From: Microthyrium microscopicum
Taxonomy: Eukaryota
Assembly: GCA_010405405.1 (NCBI GenBank)
Contig: MU004230.1
Span: forward strand, 220,627 to 284,626
DNA: 64,000 nt
Reading direction: 5' to 3'
Shown here: in pieces, positions 13,147 through 25,700 of the stretch
Position numbering within the stretch: the first letter of the stretch is position 1
Layout: the number at the start of each line of letters is the position of its first letter
Position numbers and translations under genes: made by a program
Notes under the pieces: generated by a model
What the model saw: the letters and a program-made list of their open reading frames with translations, nothing else
Databases searched by the model: none
Told to the model about the DNA's origin: nothing

Positions 13147-13337
13147 TTAACAGAAAGGGCAAAGAACAGTCACAGATGTGGATCCCAAGACAGCGTCTCC
13201 GCTGTGCTTTGCGTCTGGGCAGTGAGTATGTTGGGAGGAATGTTTTTACATCTGATGTAGACTTTAGTGACCTCTCGGTGCTTGGGATTGTTGCCACATC
13301 TGCGGAATATTCTGGTGCTCTCGATGTAAGTACACAT
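13147..13337 (-). pseudogene. Small Cys-rich protein (~63 aa) with a 1-nt frameshift
   Basis: MCTYIESTRIFRRCGNNPKHREVTKVYIRCK continues in a shifted frame as HCPDAKHSGDAVLGSTSVTVLCPFC*. ATG to stop is 191 nt, one base short of a whole number of codons. Confidence 0.55.
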
Positions 13338-13709
13338 GCTGTTGGGAATCATAGGCTTTATCGGAGGATTGGCATTAGGAATTGAGAAGAGCAAGGTTCG
13401 GTTGATCAAACAATGCGACATGAACCTCGAGAGTACTGGAACTCAACAACTTTGCGTTCTCCAAGTACAACAACATTCCCTATATTACTCCACATCGTGT
13501 CTCGGTTCTTGGTTGCTGTGCTACTTGTCTTTGTCTACTCTGATGTGGTGTAATGACACGAATGAACTAGATACTTTGCAATCTCTCACATGGCTGATTC
13601 GGTGGTAGTGTTGAGAGGCGGTGGAGAGGCGATGACTACGATGGACTTCCCCAATGAATTCCTAATGTTGAGTATCACGAGTAACCGTCTTACGGTAAAG
13701 ATTCTTTCC

Positions 13710-13932
13710 AGGGACGTAATAAGTGAGCTGTTTCGACGACTATTCCTATCGACTACGATGGCTGCCATAACACTTCTTAACGAGGGACTGGTTTAACGAC
13801 CATCGTATGCGATAATGTAATGCTAGTTCTACGGCGTTGATGGTAATTAAAGCGGTGACTCTTTAAGAAGTGCTATGGCAGCCATCGTAATCGATGGGAA
13901 CTACATCCAAAAGGCTCACTTATTTTATCCCT
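13710..13932. repeat. Large imperfect inverted repeat (MITE-like, CCATCG-N4-CGATGG family)
   Basis: Core arms 13743-13780 and 13863-13900 match 35/38, all transitions. Similarity extends outward (aataagtgagc / gctcacttatt) and inward. Confidence 0.9.
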
Positions 13933-14106
13933 CGAGAGGAATGTAGAGCGTATATGAACATCGATGAGGCTGGTAATAAGCACAGTCTCAGCACAGGGCG
14001 ACACTCCTCCAATGAGTCCAAACGGCAAGTTCAGATATCCCCCTTGCCAACATCTCCTTCCTTTGCAAGTCGAAGCCAACCAAAGCCACTACTACCCACC
14101 TTAGTT

Positions 14107-15400
14107 ATGGCTCCTGATCCTCGGATCCTGGGTATTGGAGGTTCCGCTATAGTCTCCATATATGACGAGAATACTGTACTGAAAGGTTATGTGGTCTGGT
14201 ACGACTCCGGATTTACGTCCTGGCACAACCTCAATGTCAACACTTTCTCATGAACACGCACTAAAGATACTCAGGTTAGATGGCGAAGAGCACATGGCCT
14301 TTGAAAAACAAGAACATTCGAGACGAGCTTTGCAACGTGAGCGCCAAGTATATGAAAGGCTAGGATTCCATCCAGCTCTTTTAGGGTATTATGGTGTAGT
14401 GGATGTAAAAGAAGAGGTACATTCCCTTAGGTGAGACCTCCTGGCTTGGTTAAACGCACTTGATGGCTCCCATCGCATCTTATGGCTTGCATCGCATCTT
14501 ATGGCTCCCATCGCATCTTATGGCTCCTATCGCATCTTATGGCTCCTATCGCATCTTATGGCTTGCATCGCATCTTATGGCTTGCATCGCATCTTATGGC
14601 TTCCGTCGCATCTCATGGCCTCCATCGCATCTTATGGCTCCTCTCATGCTGACATAATTCAGATTAGAACTTGCAGTGAACGGCGATGTTCGGGCCTTCA
14701 TTAGGAAGAATAAGATGAAATCGACACGAAAGCGACTGTCCTGGGCGGTCGGTTTAGCTTCTGGTTTATCTCATATGCATTCTCATGGTATTATCCACTG
14801 CGATTTCAGCTGTCGCAACATTTTCATCACCAAGGATTTTTCGGTCAAAATAGGGGACTTTGGGGGCGCAAAGCTTGACGATCAGGAACCACTGGTAAGA
14901 TCTTCCAATGTGGAATAACATCTCTATAAACGTCATTTGCCCATCGCACTCGATGGCTTCCATAGCATGCGTTTCTGATCGAGTGCTATGGATGCCATCG
15001 AATGCGATGGGACATGCGATTGTTTGATGAGCTGACCTGAAAAGATCATTTGCTCTGCATGTAATCTTGAACTAACAACTTCTAGGATTCGGAAGAGCCA
15101 TGCTACGAGCTACCACTTCGTGGAAGAACCTGGGAAGAAAGACCATACCTCAAAAGAGAACTGTTCGCACTAGGCTGCGCCATATACGAGATCATGGCCT
15201 GGACCAAGCCGTTTGATGGATTGAGTAACGAAGATGTGGAGGCTCGGTATAGCCGCGAAGAATTTCCTGGCCTCACTGACGTCTTTGGTGAGAGTGTCAT
15301 CCGCAAGTGCTGGGAAGAGGAATTCAACAGTGCGGACGATGTGAAATATGCTTTAGAGGCCCTCTCTGTTGCCAGTGAAGAGTATGAGGAGGAGGAGTGA
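14107..15400 (+). CDS. Divergent fungal Ser/Thr protein kinase, 4 exons
   Basis: LGIGGSAIV G-loop, VLK, HCDFSCRN, KIGDFGG, ELFALGCAIYEI. Introns 14199-14274, 14431-14662, 14895-15085 are all GT-AG and keep the frame. Confidence 0.9.
14463..14641. repeat. 19-bp minisatellite (9 full copies plus a partial) inside kinase intron 2
   Basis: Unit ATGGCT(C/T)(C/G)(C/T)ATCGCATCTT starts every 19 nt from 14463 to 14634. Confidence 0.97.
14940..15011. repeat. 28-bp inverted repeat inside kinase intron 3
   Basis: cccatcgcactcgatggcttccatagca (14940-14967) versus the reverse complement of 14984-15011: 26/28 identical. Confidence 0.93.
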
Positions 15401-15860
15401 CAGCCGGCCACGGCAAAGCTGCGTGTCAAATCAAAAACTTGGTAAAAAGGAAACTCTTTGATGGGATCAAACATGGTACCAGAAAGATTTGTAGTAATTT
15501 CTAATCTTGCTATCAAGCAACTATCTGTCAGACAAGCACTTCACCATCCTAATGACTTGTTGGTATATTGAAGTGAAAGAACGTGGATGAGCAGTGATGC
15601 AACTTGAGCGGAGGCCAGTTTGGTGTAGATTTTCTCACGATGGTGATGGTGTTTCAACTCTAGCTCGACCACGTGGACAGGGGTCTTGTCTGGTGGATCC
15701 TTGACGTCACTCTCCAAACATCAGGTCTTGCGCCCGGACTTCAGTCTTCCAAGATATCACGATGCGGTCGCTTATGCCCATTGCCCACCTTCTGCATTGT
15801 CTCTTAATCTCTACGTACCTCTGAGCTGTTCATGAGAAATGATCAAATTGTGTTTATAAC

Positions 15861-17393
15861 ATGTTGTCCGGATGCCGCACCTTTCGCTGTGCGAATCGCT
15901 TGACAACAACCCCATCCCTGAGCCCCAAACCACTACCAACAGCCCGGATACGACCCCAAATACCCTTGATCATCTCTCTCCAACACATCCGACATGTCAG
16001 CAAAGCCGCGGACAAACCAGACACCTCCTCCGGTAACACATACACCCAGCCCCATGCCAACCTCGACCACGAAATTACTCCTGCTGAAGAACACGTTTAC
16101 GCGTCTGCCGTCGCGGCTTCGAAAGAGAAACAAGCGCGCGCCCCATGGCTTCGCGAAGGTTCCGATCGCCCACCGGTAGACCGCATTGGCAATAACAAAT
16201 CCTATGCGAAAGGCAAATTGCTTACTACACCATCGCGTATGCTCAAGTTGATTATACCGCTTGCGAGTAGAGATGAGTTGAAGGATGATCGTAAGGATAA
16301 AGAGCTAGAACCACTAGCGTTGCTGGTACATCCGAGTCAGCCGCTGAGCTATTTGGAGCGGTTGATTCAGAGCGAATTGCCGAGTATTAAGGAGGGTGAG
16401 AAGGAGCGGATACCAGGTGTATGGTTTCGCGCCCCCGATGCGGCTGATGAGGAAGAGGGGAGTGACGATGGTGGCAAAGGGCGGTTTGAGAAGAAGGATG
16501 AGGATCTGGATGAGGGGGATGTAACGATTATCGAAGGCAAAAGAGTTCAGACTGGCAAGCTGAAGGGTGATGACAAGGAGAAGACGAAAAAGCCAAAGAA
16601 AACTACTGTGGCGGAGGAGGAAGCGAGGGAGCGGGAACGAGAGCTCGAGGTGGATGAGAATGATCCTACCGCCGGATTCGTGAGGTGGAGTGGATCTACA
16701 GAAATTGGAGATTTCATTCGCGATGCGGCTAGAGCGAAGAACTTTGCGTTGGATATTGAGGGAAATCCGAATTCAATCTTGGTGGGCGTACCATCCTTTT
16801 CGGACCGTACGTACTACCTTCGAATGCGATTACGACAAAAGAGTATGGAAATCGTGCGTTTGGCCGATATAAAACACGAATGCGACCAAATTGCTCATAA
16901 AGGAGCGAAACGCGTGGCTGTTGGAGGCGGTGGTGCTCTAGTCGTCTACTGGTTTGCAGTCTACGTGCTCACATTTCGCACGGAGCTTGGTTGGGATGTG
17001 TAAGTCATTGCACATGTTAAAGTGCGGAAATCACTGACACTGCATAGCATGGAGCCCGTTACATATTTAGTTGGTCTAACAACCATCATCGGGGGTTATG
17101 CCTGGTTCTTGGTGAACAATCGCCAAGTCTCATATCGCAGTGCGATGAACATCACAATTAGCAGACGGCAATCAAAACTGTACGAACAGAAGGGATTTGA
17201 CCTGGCTCGATGGGAGGAGCTGATGGGCGAAGGCAACAGGTTGCGACGAGAGATCAAGATGATTGCTGAAGAATATGATGTTACGTGGAATGAGAAAGAC
17301 GATGCAAAGAGTGAAAAGGTCGTCAAGGCATTAGAAGAAGAAAGGAAGAGAAAGAAGGAAGCGAAAAAGGATGAAGATGAGGACAGTGACTAA
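15861..17393 (+). CDS. MCU: Mitochondrial calcium uniporter
   Basis: Arg/Ser/Thr-rich presequence, [21 protein letters not shown], two TM helices flanking WDVMEPVTY (DIME selectivity motif, split by intron ~17000-17048). Confidence 0.95.
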
Positions 17394-17574
17394 ACAATTC
17401 CTTCAAGTAAGTCTAGATCATGAACATATCATGCTGCTGTTAGCATTTGCTGCATAATACCCATAGTCATAGAAACGTTTCAATACAGCTGTTACATTTT
17501 CTACATTGCTATTGAAAATTCAAGCGCAAGCCAGTTGCTACTATTGGCTGTAAAGTCATACAGCCAACGGCATA

Positions 17575-17767
17575 GCAAAATGAATGGCGTACTCCCATCA
17601 ACTCCGATGGCTACTACCAGCGCTGCTAACCAAATAGTGCTTTGATACCAGTCATATCTGATAACTATTCCCAAGCCGACCGCTTTTTATACGAAATAAA
17701 GCACTCAATAACAGAGCGTAGCGTCTGGGCGCCATCGGAGTTGATGGAAGTACGCCATTTATTTTGC
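17575..17767. repeat. Inverted-repeat element (CCATC-N6-GATGG hairpin family)
   Basis: 37-bp arms 17575-17611 and 17731-17767 match 35/37 (gcaaaatraatggcgtactyccatcaactccgatggc). Confidence 0.93.
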
Positions 17768-18271
17768 CATGTCGTCGGCAGCCTCTGCTTGCACTATTCC
17801 ATCTTGTGATCGAGTCCTCGGAAAGAACCCATATACTTTGCCCTCGTGTATGCGCAATACATACTCCTGTCCATCTTGCGTCCAGGATTCGAGGAAGTAC
17901 ACCTTTCGATCGTGGACTGGCCCCACAATGCTATTGGCAGCATAATCAACCACAAATTCGGACCCATCTATCGTTTTCTGAATAACACATGCATCATGTC
18001 GACTAGTTGGTTCTTCCTTCAGGTTTCGCCTATTTGGATTCATATAAGAAGTTGTCTCGTCGTTGTGGTTGACATAGTATTGTCTTCCTTGCTTATCATG
18101 CCGAAGTTCATATCCAGGTGGAAGCTCGTTCATCATAGACTCGGATTCCAGGGTCGGCAGGTAGCCTGAAGTCTGCTCCTGGATATCAAAATAGTAGGGG
18201 CGACCATTGGCATCGTGACGGACTTCGAATCTTTTTTTGGTATCCATACTGAGTTCGAAAGCGTCGCTCAT
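17759..18271 (-). CDS. Small protein with tandem degenerate WW-like domains
   Basis: LPPGYELRHDKQGRQYYVNHNDETTSYMNP and FEVRHDANGRPYYFDIQEQTSGYLP match the WW pattern without the Trp residues. Start codon uncertain. Confidence 0.7.
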   Translation of the reverse strand: MSDAFELSMDTKKRFEVRHDANGRPYYFDIQEQTSGYLPTLESESMMNELPPGYELRHDKQGRQYYVNHNDETTSYMNPNRRNLKEEPTSRHDACVIQKTIDGSEFVVDYAANSIVGPVHDRKVYFLESWTQDGQEYVLRIHEGKVYGFFPRTRSQDGIVQAEAADDMAK

Positions 18272-19721
18272 CTGGTTAGGAAGGGGATCAGCAAGATTTA
18301 GAGAAAGTAACAGCTGCACAAAGATACTTGTCTCTGTGGTCCAATGCTGAATAGTTCGAGACTTCGTTCATAATGAGAATACGGCGAGCAAGCTTAAAAT
18401 GTGGTTAGGATATGTATACCTGGATACGTACCTTAGGCTGAATCGTTGAGGTGAGGGTGATCTAATCCACAAGCGTCTATGGAAGAAAAGACTATGATGG
18501 TTGAGTCTTTCTTCACTTGCGTCAATGCTTTGAGATCCTGCGTGTTACGACATACACACGTAATTACAGGCTTTCATCAAATAGCCTCTAGATGAAGACA
18601 GGCTGGCCTCGTAACAACAGAGTTAAACAGGTTGTGAAATCTGTTGCGTATGTCATTACTAATTACCTAAGTGCATATCTACTAACTTAAGAGGTAGGTA
18701 CCTAGGGAAGCTGGGTCTTAACCCACAAGGACTAATTCGTTACTTTTATTTTGACGCCTAGATCACAAATTCTCGTCGTAGGATTTGATCGACGGTTACG
18801 TAGTTCGTTGAGACTTTGTCACTTAATTAATCGAAAGTAATGAAGAGAAAAGATAATACAACTGCGCCGCTGGCTGAGGACCCCAAATACCCCTGAAATC
18901 AGATTCAGGGAGGAGGTGCATGGAAGGCTGTGTGGCCCTTGCCTCGAGATTTGAGAACCAATCTTGATGAACATGTAACAGAGCTCCTTGGAAAAGGAAG
19001 ATACAAAGCAAAACTGGCCAGATTAATTACACAAGCTGCTAGGACCAGACATGAGTGCTAGAATAACATTACCCACATGCTCGCTTTACATTACCTTACG
19101 AATACCATGCAGATGCAGTGATAGTATAGTCGCCTAGCTCGATAGTAAACAAAAAACTGTAATGCTGACCTATCGAAGGACTGACAATCTCATACTATCC
19201 CGGCTTGAAAGTCTTCGATGGATTCTGATGAAAGGAAGTATCAATCATACACACTGAACACCTGGGATGTCCCATGCAAGCCCAGCTACACACCTACCAA
19301 ATCTCTGATCTTGAATGCTTTAGCAGCATATTGTGGTGCTGTTAGCTGTTGAGGATTGAAAAAAACTGAGCAGTCATCGAAATCTGATGTGAACTGAGCT
19401 AGATGGATTGTCATACGAAACGTTAGAATAAAACATACAGTTTCAGGTTTATCAATGATGATAAAATCTCCAAAGAGCCATGACATAGTCTCAGATGGAA
19501 CAAGATAAAATTAGTGGTATGTAAAGTCCTAAGACCATCCTCTCAAATCGCCTATGCGCGCACTCAATATACAAAATAAAAACAAAAGAACGAACAAAAC
19601 AAACTATGGTATCTACAACGAAATCCCTCGCACATATGTCGCTTCGCGATCGCTAAAGTAACTTTTAAACAAGTAAACCAAATGAAAAAAATCAAAGGAA
19701 AGAATAGACAGTTTCGCCATC

Positions 19722-22700
19722 TCAATCACCGTCCCAGCGCGGTATCCACTCATCCCCTGGATAACTCGTCGCCTTCATCTCCGGCTCATCGTCGTCCTTC
19801 ATGTTTGTTGCCGGCAGCTCAAACACTTGTGAATTCTTCCTCTCATGCTGTGCATGCCTTGGAACCGTGTTCTCTTTGTTCTCGGATGGTGGTTGGGCGT
19901 TGACAGGGCCGGGAGTTCCGTTCCGTGAGGAGGATGGTGTGTTGCTTTGCGAGAGCTGTTGAGAGGCAGCGCGGAGTAGGTGAGCGGTGCGTGTGGTCAT
20001 TGGGCTGGCGGTGCTGCTTTCTGGTAGCGGGATGGTGGATGGAGAGCGTGGGTCTGGAAGAGCAGGATGGGGTTGAGTTTGGGCGATCGCGCTTTCTGGT
20101 AGAGGTACGCGCGAGGGAGAGAAGACGTCAGGTTTGGGTTGCTGGGTCGGTAGATCTTGGGTGACGATAGCAGCCAAGGGAATCTTGGGTGGTGGTGGAG
20201 GTGGCATTGCTTGCCGAGTTTGGGGAGCATCAAAGTCGGTGGAGGCTTGAGTTTCGCTCAGTGTTGTCAAGGTGCGCTGTGGACCAGGTCGAGGAGCTGA
20301 AGCTTCAGACGTCCGTGAGCGTTGGAGGACAGGTATTGGTGGTGGGTGGTATGATTGCTCAATATCTTCATCTTGAGCGGTAGGAGGAGCGGAAATCTCG
20401 CTGCTTTGTGCTGGAGCGGTGCTCCCTTTTTTCAAAGGCTCTGACTGAGCGGCTCCGGGGGTACTTTGCGCTTCATGATAGGAAGATGGTCTTGGCTGGA
20501 CTGCGCCTTCTTTATTGACATTCGGTGGTGGATATACTAGATTCCCAGTAGGATGCTGTGGGCGTGGTTGTAGAATTGGAACATTATTCTTCTGAAGAGG
20601 AGCTTTCTCAGCCTTGGCGTGGTTAGCACTAGCCTCCTTGATGCCTTCTGGCTTAATCTCGCTGGTTTCATCTACTTGTTGAAGCTGATGGATACTACCA
20701 TGTATGCTTGACGGACGACTAGTCTGCTGCTCTAATGATTGACGAGGCCTTGGTAACTGCTGCTGTATTTCTTGAGAGCGACGAGTCTCCAGTGATTGAC
20801 GAGAATAATACCGTGGTGAATTTGCACCAGAAGGGGATTCCTGTCTCTGTCCAGGGAGGGACTGCGACAAGCGTCTGGGTGTTTGAACGGGAACATCTTC
20901 TTGTACTGATGGCGGAGTTCGAGATATTGGTTGCACCTGTATAGCTCGTCGTGGTAACTGCCCTTGGTCATCCTGTTGATACTGCGGTGCTTGTTGCTGA
21001 GCCTGAGGATGCATGTACTTGACATTTTCAGGTGCCCGTTGCGAAGTTTGCCCATTCGAGAGTCCGACTTCCTGATTAGGCGGAGGTTGCGAGCCTGGTC
21101 GGGAAACCTGAGGAGACGATTGCTGTGAATAGTTCTGAGGCGTTTGGACATGCTGAACTTGACTAGGTGTTCGAACCTGTTGGCCTTGTGAGGGTGGTCG
21201 AGACTGCCCTTGTCCATAGCCAGCCGGGGCAGCTTGCTGTGGAGGTGGTGCCTGCTGCTGTTGAATATAACCCTGCGGTAATGGCGAAACTTGTGGCATG
21301 CGAAGAGGTGACTGCGGTTGCAGCTGTGGAACCTGTGGTGGAAGCTGTCCTTGTTGCATCTGAGGAGGTATTTGCTGTTGTACAAAACTACCTTGCTGGG
21401 AAGCATCAATCGGTCGCGTCATCCGAGGAAGATTTGCCATCTGATTCGAAGGAATACCCTGTCCACCGACAGGCGCATATATAATCCCCTGAGGAGTTTG
21501 ACCAGGTGCAGATGGATACAAATACACCACATGCCCAGGATTGGAAGGGTGTATATAGTACTGCCCGCCTGGAGGCATTTGTCCTTGAGGGGGCATAAGC
21601 TGGGCTCCCTGAGGCACACCTTGAGGAGCAACCATTTGTCCAGGTTGCTGTCCTTGCTGTTGTTGCGGCGGTCTACCCATTGGCTGCCCAGGCATTTGCT
21701 GAAACTGCATACCGGGTGGTAATGTAGCTCCAGTGGGACTCATCATGGTCTGCCCTCCTTGTTGCCATCGACGCTCGGCGGCATACCATATCTCTCGAGC
21801 CATGATATCGCGGTCACTGTCCTGGTCACCAGCGGCGGGTATATTAAGGTTCCATGGTCGTTGTTGATGTTCCAATTGCCCTGGAGCGTAGAAACCACCC
21901 TGTTGTGGCTGACCTTGATCCTTCTTTTTGCCCAATTTATGACCAGTGGTTCCAGATCTTCCAAAAAGACTTCCCAGAGCAGAAAATCGCTTTTTCTTTA
22001 CAGGCTCGCTGTGGGCAGACGTTTGAGCCCGCTGAACTCCAGTTGGTATTGGTCCTTGTGGCCTCATAGCCATTTGCTGTGGGGCTCTTCCTTGCATTTG
22101 CATTTGTATCTGCTGTTGCATCTGTTGCTGTTGCTGTGGCGAAAGATTCAGAGGCATTTGCGGTTGAGAGGATGTCCGTTGGTGCATCTGCTGCTGAGGC
22201 GGCATTTGTTGCATTTGCTGAGGAGGTCGCATCTGCTGCTGCATTTGCTGAGTCTGAACTGATTGTTGAGATTGCTGCTGTTGCAGTCGAGGAGGTTGCA
22301 GGGGTTGCTGTTGAGGAGGTATACTGCCAACAGCAGCATTTGGATTTTGCAGATAATCTGCCCGTGATGGAGACTCACTAGCTTGGCCATGAACACTGTT
22401 ATTGTCTTGAGTAAGAATGGACTCTGATCCAACAGATGGCGATCTGCGAAATGGCTGAAGTAGAGAAGCACGCTTTTTACGAGCTTCTGATACATCGTCT
22501 GGCTGTACTGGGGAGGGGCTGGATGTCTGCCCAACATTCATTCTTGGATCACGAGCCATTTGAGGTTGCGATTGCGGTGGTTGTTGACTCTGTGGTTGCA
22601 TTTGGCCTCTACCCATCTGAAGCTGTCCTTGGGATTGTCGCTGTTGCTGAGGCTGGGGTTGACCACGACCCATTGGCGGTTGACCTTGGAACTGAGACGG

Positions 22701-25700
22701 AGGTTGGGGTTGACCACGACCCATTGGCGGTTGACCCTGGAACTGAGGTGAAGGTTGAGGCTGCCGATTCTGTGGGGGGGCCATGGGTTGTTGTCCAGAC
22801 ATAGCTGGAACAGGCGGTGGAGTCACAGTAGCTGGTGCCGGGACAGCATTATTCTTCTTACTACTGAAGAGTGAGGTAAACCTTTTACTCTTCTGCTTCT
22901 CTTGCGATTTCTCCTGCGGGAGCTGCTGTCCGGCCTGTTGCTGCTGAAGCATCTGCTGCGGATTTTGACCGGCCTGTTGCGCTTGCTGCATCTGAAGCTG
23001 TCGTTGCTGCATAAGCTGGCGTTGGAGCAGTTGTTGTTGCTGTTGCTGAAGAAGCTGTTGTTGCTGCGGATTCAGTTGCTGTTGTTGGAGAAGTTGTTGT
23101 TGCTGTTGCTGCGGAGTGAGCTGTAGCTGTTGTTGTGGCGGAGGTCCACGTGGAGGCATAACTTGAAAACCAGTATTTTGCACCTGAGGACCATTTGGCT
23201 GACGAGCTTGATTAACCTGCACTTGAGGTAGTCGTTGACTTGTAGGCGGTTGGACAGGAAACTGTCCGCTTTGAACATCTTGTGTAGTTCTAAGAACATT
23301 CTCTGAAGGCCTAGAAGACTGTCCATTCAAGGTATCTTGCTTGACTCCACGAACATTCTCCAAGGACAGAGGCAATTTCCTCGGTTTTACTTCCTGAGAT
23401 GGTCTACGAACGTTTTGAGACTGTCCATTTGGTGCATCCTGTGACATGCCACGTAAATTCTCTGAAGGCCGAGGGGGTTTAGACTGCGGTATGCTGCCAA
23501 GATTCAATGGTTGTTGAATTCCACTAAGCGGTCGACTGGATCGACGAATCTTAAACTCAGTCGGTGGCATAGCAGATGCATCATCCGAAGAACCAGGCCG
23601 ATAAACATCAAGCACTTCCTGTGATGGTTTGCCAGCCTGATCGCGTGGAAGAGGAACAAAAGACATGGGCCGTTCCAGTTCTGGGTTTGGTGGATTGTAG
23701 TCGCGCGAGTTGAATTCCGGCTGCAGTAGTTGTGGCTGAGAATTCGAATGTATAGCCGGTGGCTGAACTTGAAGTTGTTGATACTCTGGCATTTCCAACG
23801 AGCGGGTACTGACTTGACTGAGCGCAGGACCGAGTCCACGATTAGATGGCAAGGGAGCATCTGGAGCGGGATACTCGCTTTTGACTGACGGCATTGGACT
23901 GACAGAATGTCTCCCGTCCGTTGGCGCACCCATCAGGGACAATGAGTTGGTAAACGTAGGAGTTGTATTTGACTTGTCCAGATCACTCACGTCAGCAGCC
24001 GATTTGCTGACTACGGATTCTTCGGGCTCAGGTACGGCGTGCCGAGCCTCTTGTAAATCATTTTCCAAGGCGACGCGATCTCCGTACTGTCTGACGCTGT
24101 CAAAGTTGAGAGATATGTGGTCATCTCCATCGTGTGCAGAAGTTTCCGGGATGGTATGATGACCTGGATGTTGAATCAATGATGGTCCCGCGACAGGGGT
24201 GGTACTTGGTTCCTGGTTCGTGTTCAAAGTTGGAATCTGTGCTGCAGGAGATTGATGAACATGATTTTCAGCATAATCCGGCGAAATAGCACCAGCGCGC
24301 TGATGCTCAATCGGACTCTGTTCATCGACAGCACTAACGGGCTCTGACAGCTCTTGAACCTGCGGCCGATGCTGCACTACAGCTGCAACGCGGTCCATTG
24401 CGGGCGGATCCGTCTGCAAACTGCCAGGTTGATCTGAAGAAGGGAGGACAACAGCAGCAGCAGAAGACTCGCCTTGCCTTCCAGCCTGCTGCTCCGTGGA
24501 TAAAGATTTGCTTGTCGTTGTTGCAGCAGCAGCAGCAGCCTTGGCCTTGTTGTCACCAGCCTCGTCAATGGGGCTTACCCCAGGATCGTCATCTCCAATG
24601 TGGACGTTGAGATCCTCAGTGGGCAAAATCATGCTGACGACACGCGCATTGCGATCAAGAAGCTTTGAGTGCAGCGAGCCTGTCTTGCTTGCCGCGCTCT
24701 TGAGACTCGCTTGGCTGGCGGTGGCCGGGTGCGACTTGATGGCGGCGTCGTCTCGCGCCGTGTCCTCTTGGGGCGGAGAAGGCGCAGTTTCCTTAGCAAA
24801 GTTGACCGGTCTGGACGCCCCCACATGGGCCGCTAGGACAGAAGCGGGTGGTGGTGGGCTGGAATTGGAGGGTGGAGTGGTGGTGGCCTTGATCATGGTC
24901 GCCTTTTCCGCATTGCTGTCCGAGATTATTGATATCCCGTCGTCTAGTGAGTTGCTGATATGTATGGTGTTGATATCAGACTGGGTGGAGGTTGGCAATG
25001 TAGTTGGAGTTGGAGCTGTGGATGCTTGGGGCCCAGCTAAATTAGCTGGCACGTTTCCACAATGCGGCTCTGCTCCTGGTTCCCGCAAATTAGAGCTCCC
25101 CCTCCCTACAGATTCAGATTGGTATGAAACCAGCCCTGAATCCCTCAACTCCATCTCCATCTCCCTTTTTACTTGCTTACTACTATTTCCAGAAGTATAT
25201 AAATCATCATCACTAACATCATCAACACCTGTACCCCACTCACTCTCCCTTCTTACAGTTCCAAATCCCTTGCCTTCCTGAGAAATCTCCCGCGACAGCA
25301 TTGAAACATCAGAAACAGACCTACTTGCTCCAGTACCAGTGCGTGTAAAAGCAGCAATACTCGGATCTTTCATCAACGGCGCATTCGCATGGAAACTAGG
25401 CAAAGTCGGCACTGGCGGCGGTCTCTCTTCAACAGCTTCACTTTGCGGCCGTTTCCTCGTCTTTGAGAACGGGGAGAAACCTCTACTCAACAGGTTGCCT
25501 GCGCTAAACCTTCGTTTCTCGCTTGAAGTGATAAGTATTGCCTCACCAGGCGCTTCGCTAGGAGGGAGCGTATTTCTCCGCGCATAGGATTCATCGGACT
25601 GGCTTTGTCTTTGGGTAGGAGGTCGTGACTGTGAAGTATCGACAGAAGAACGCCCAAGAGGAGATTCAGAGGAGTTGGCCTACAGTAATCATTTGAGCAT

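Noticed and set aside
14463..14641. CRISPR-like array, or the short repeat ORFs (MAPIASYG...)
   Set aside because: Units abut with no unique spacers, the host is eukaryotic, and the array lies inside a GT-AG intron; the ORFs are by-products of the repeat
22655..22750. 51-bp tandem repeat
   Set aside because: Ordinary coding repeat (QFQGQPPMGRGQPQP x2) within the disordered protein
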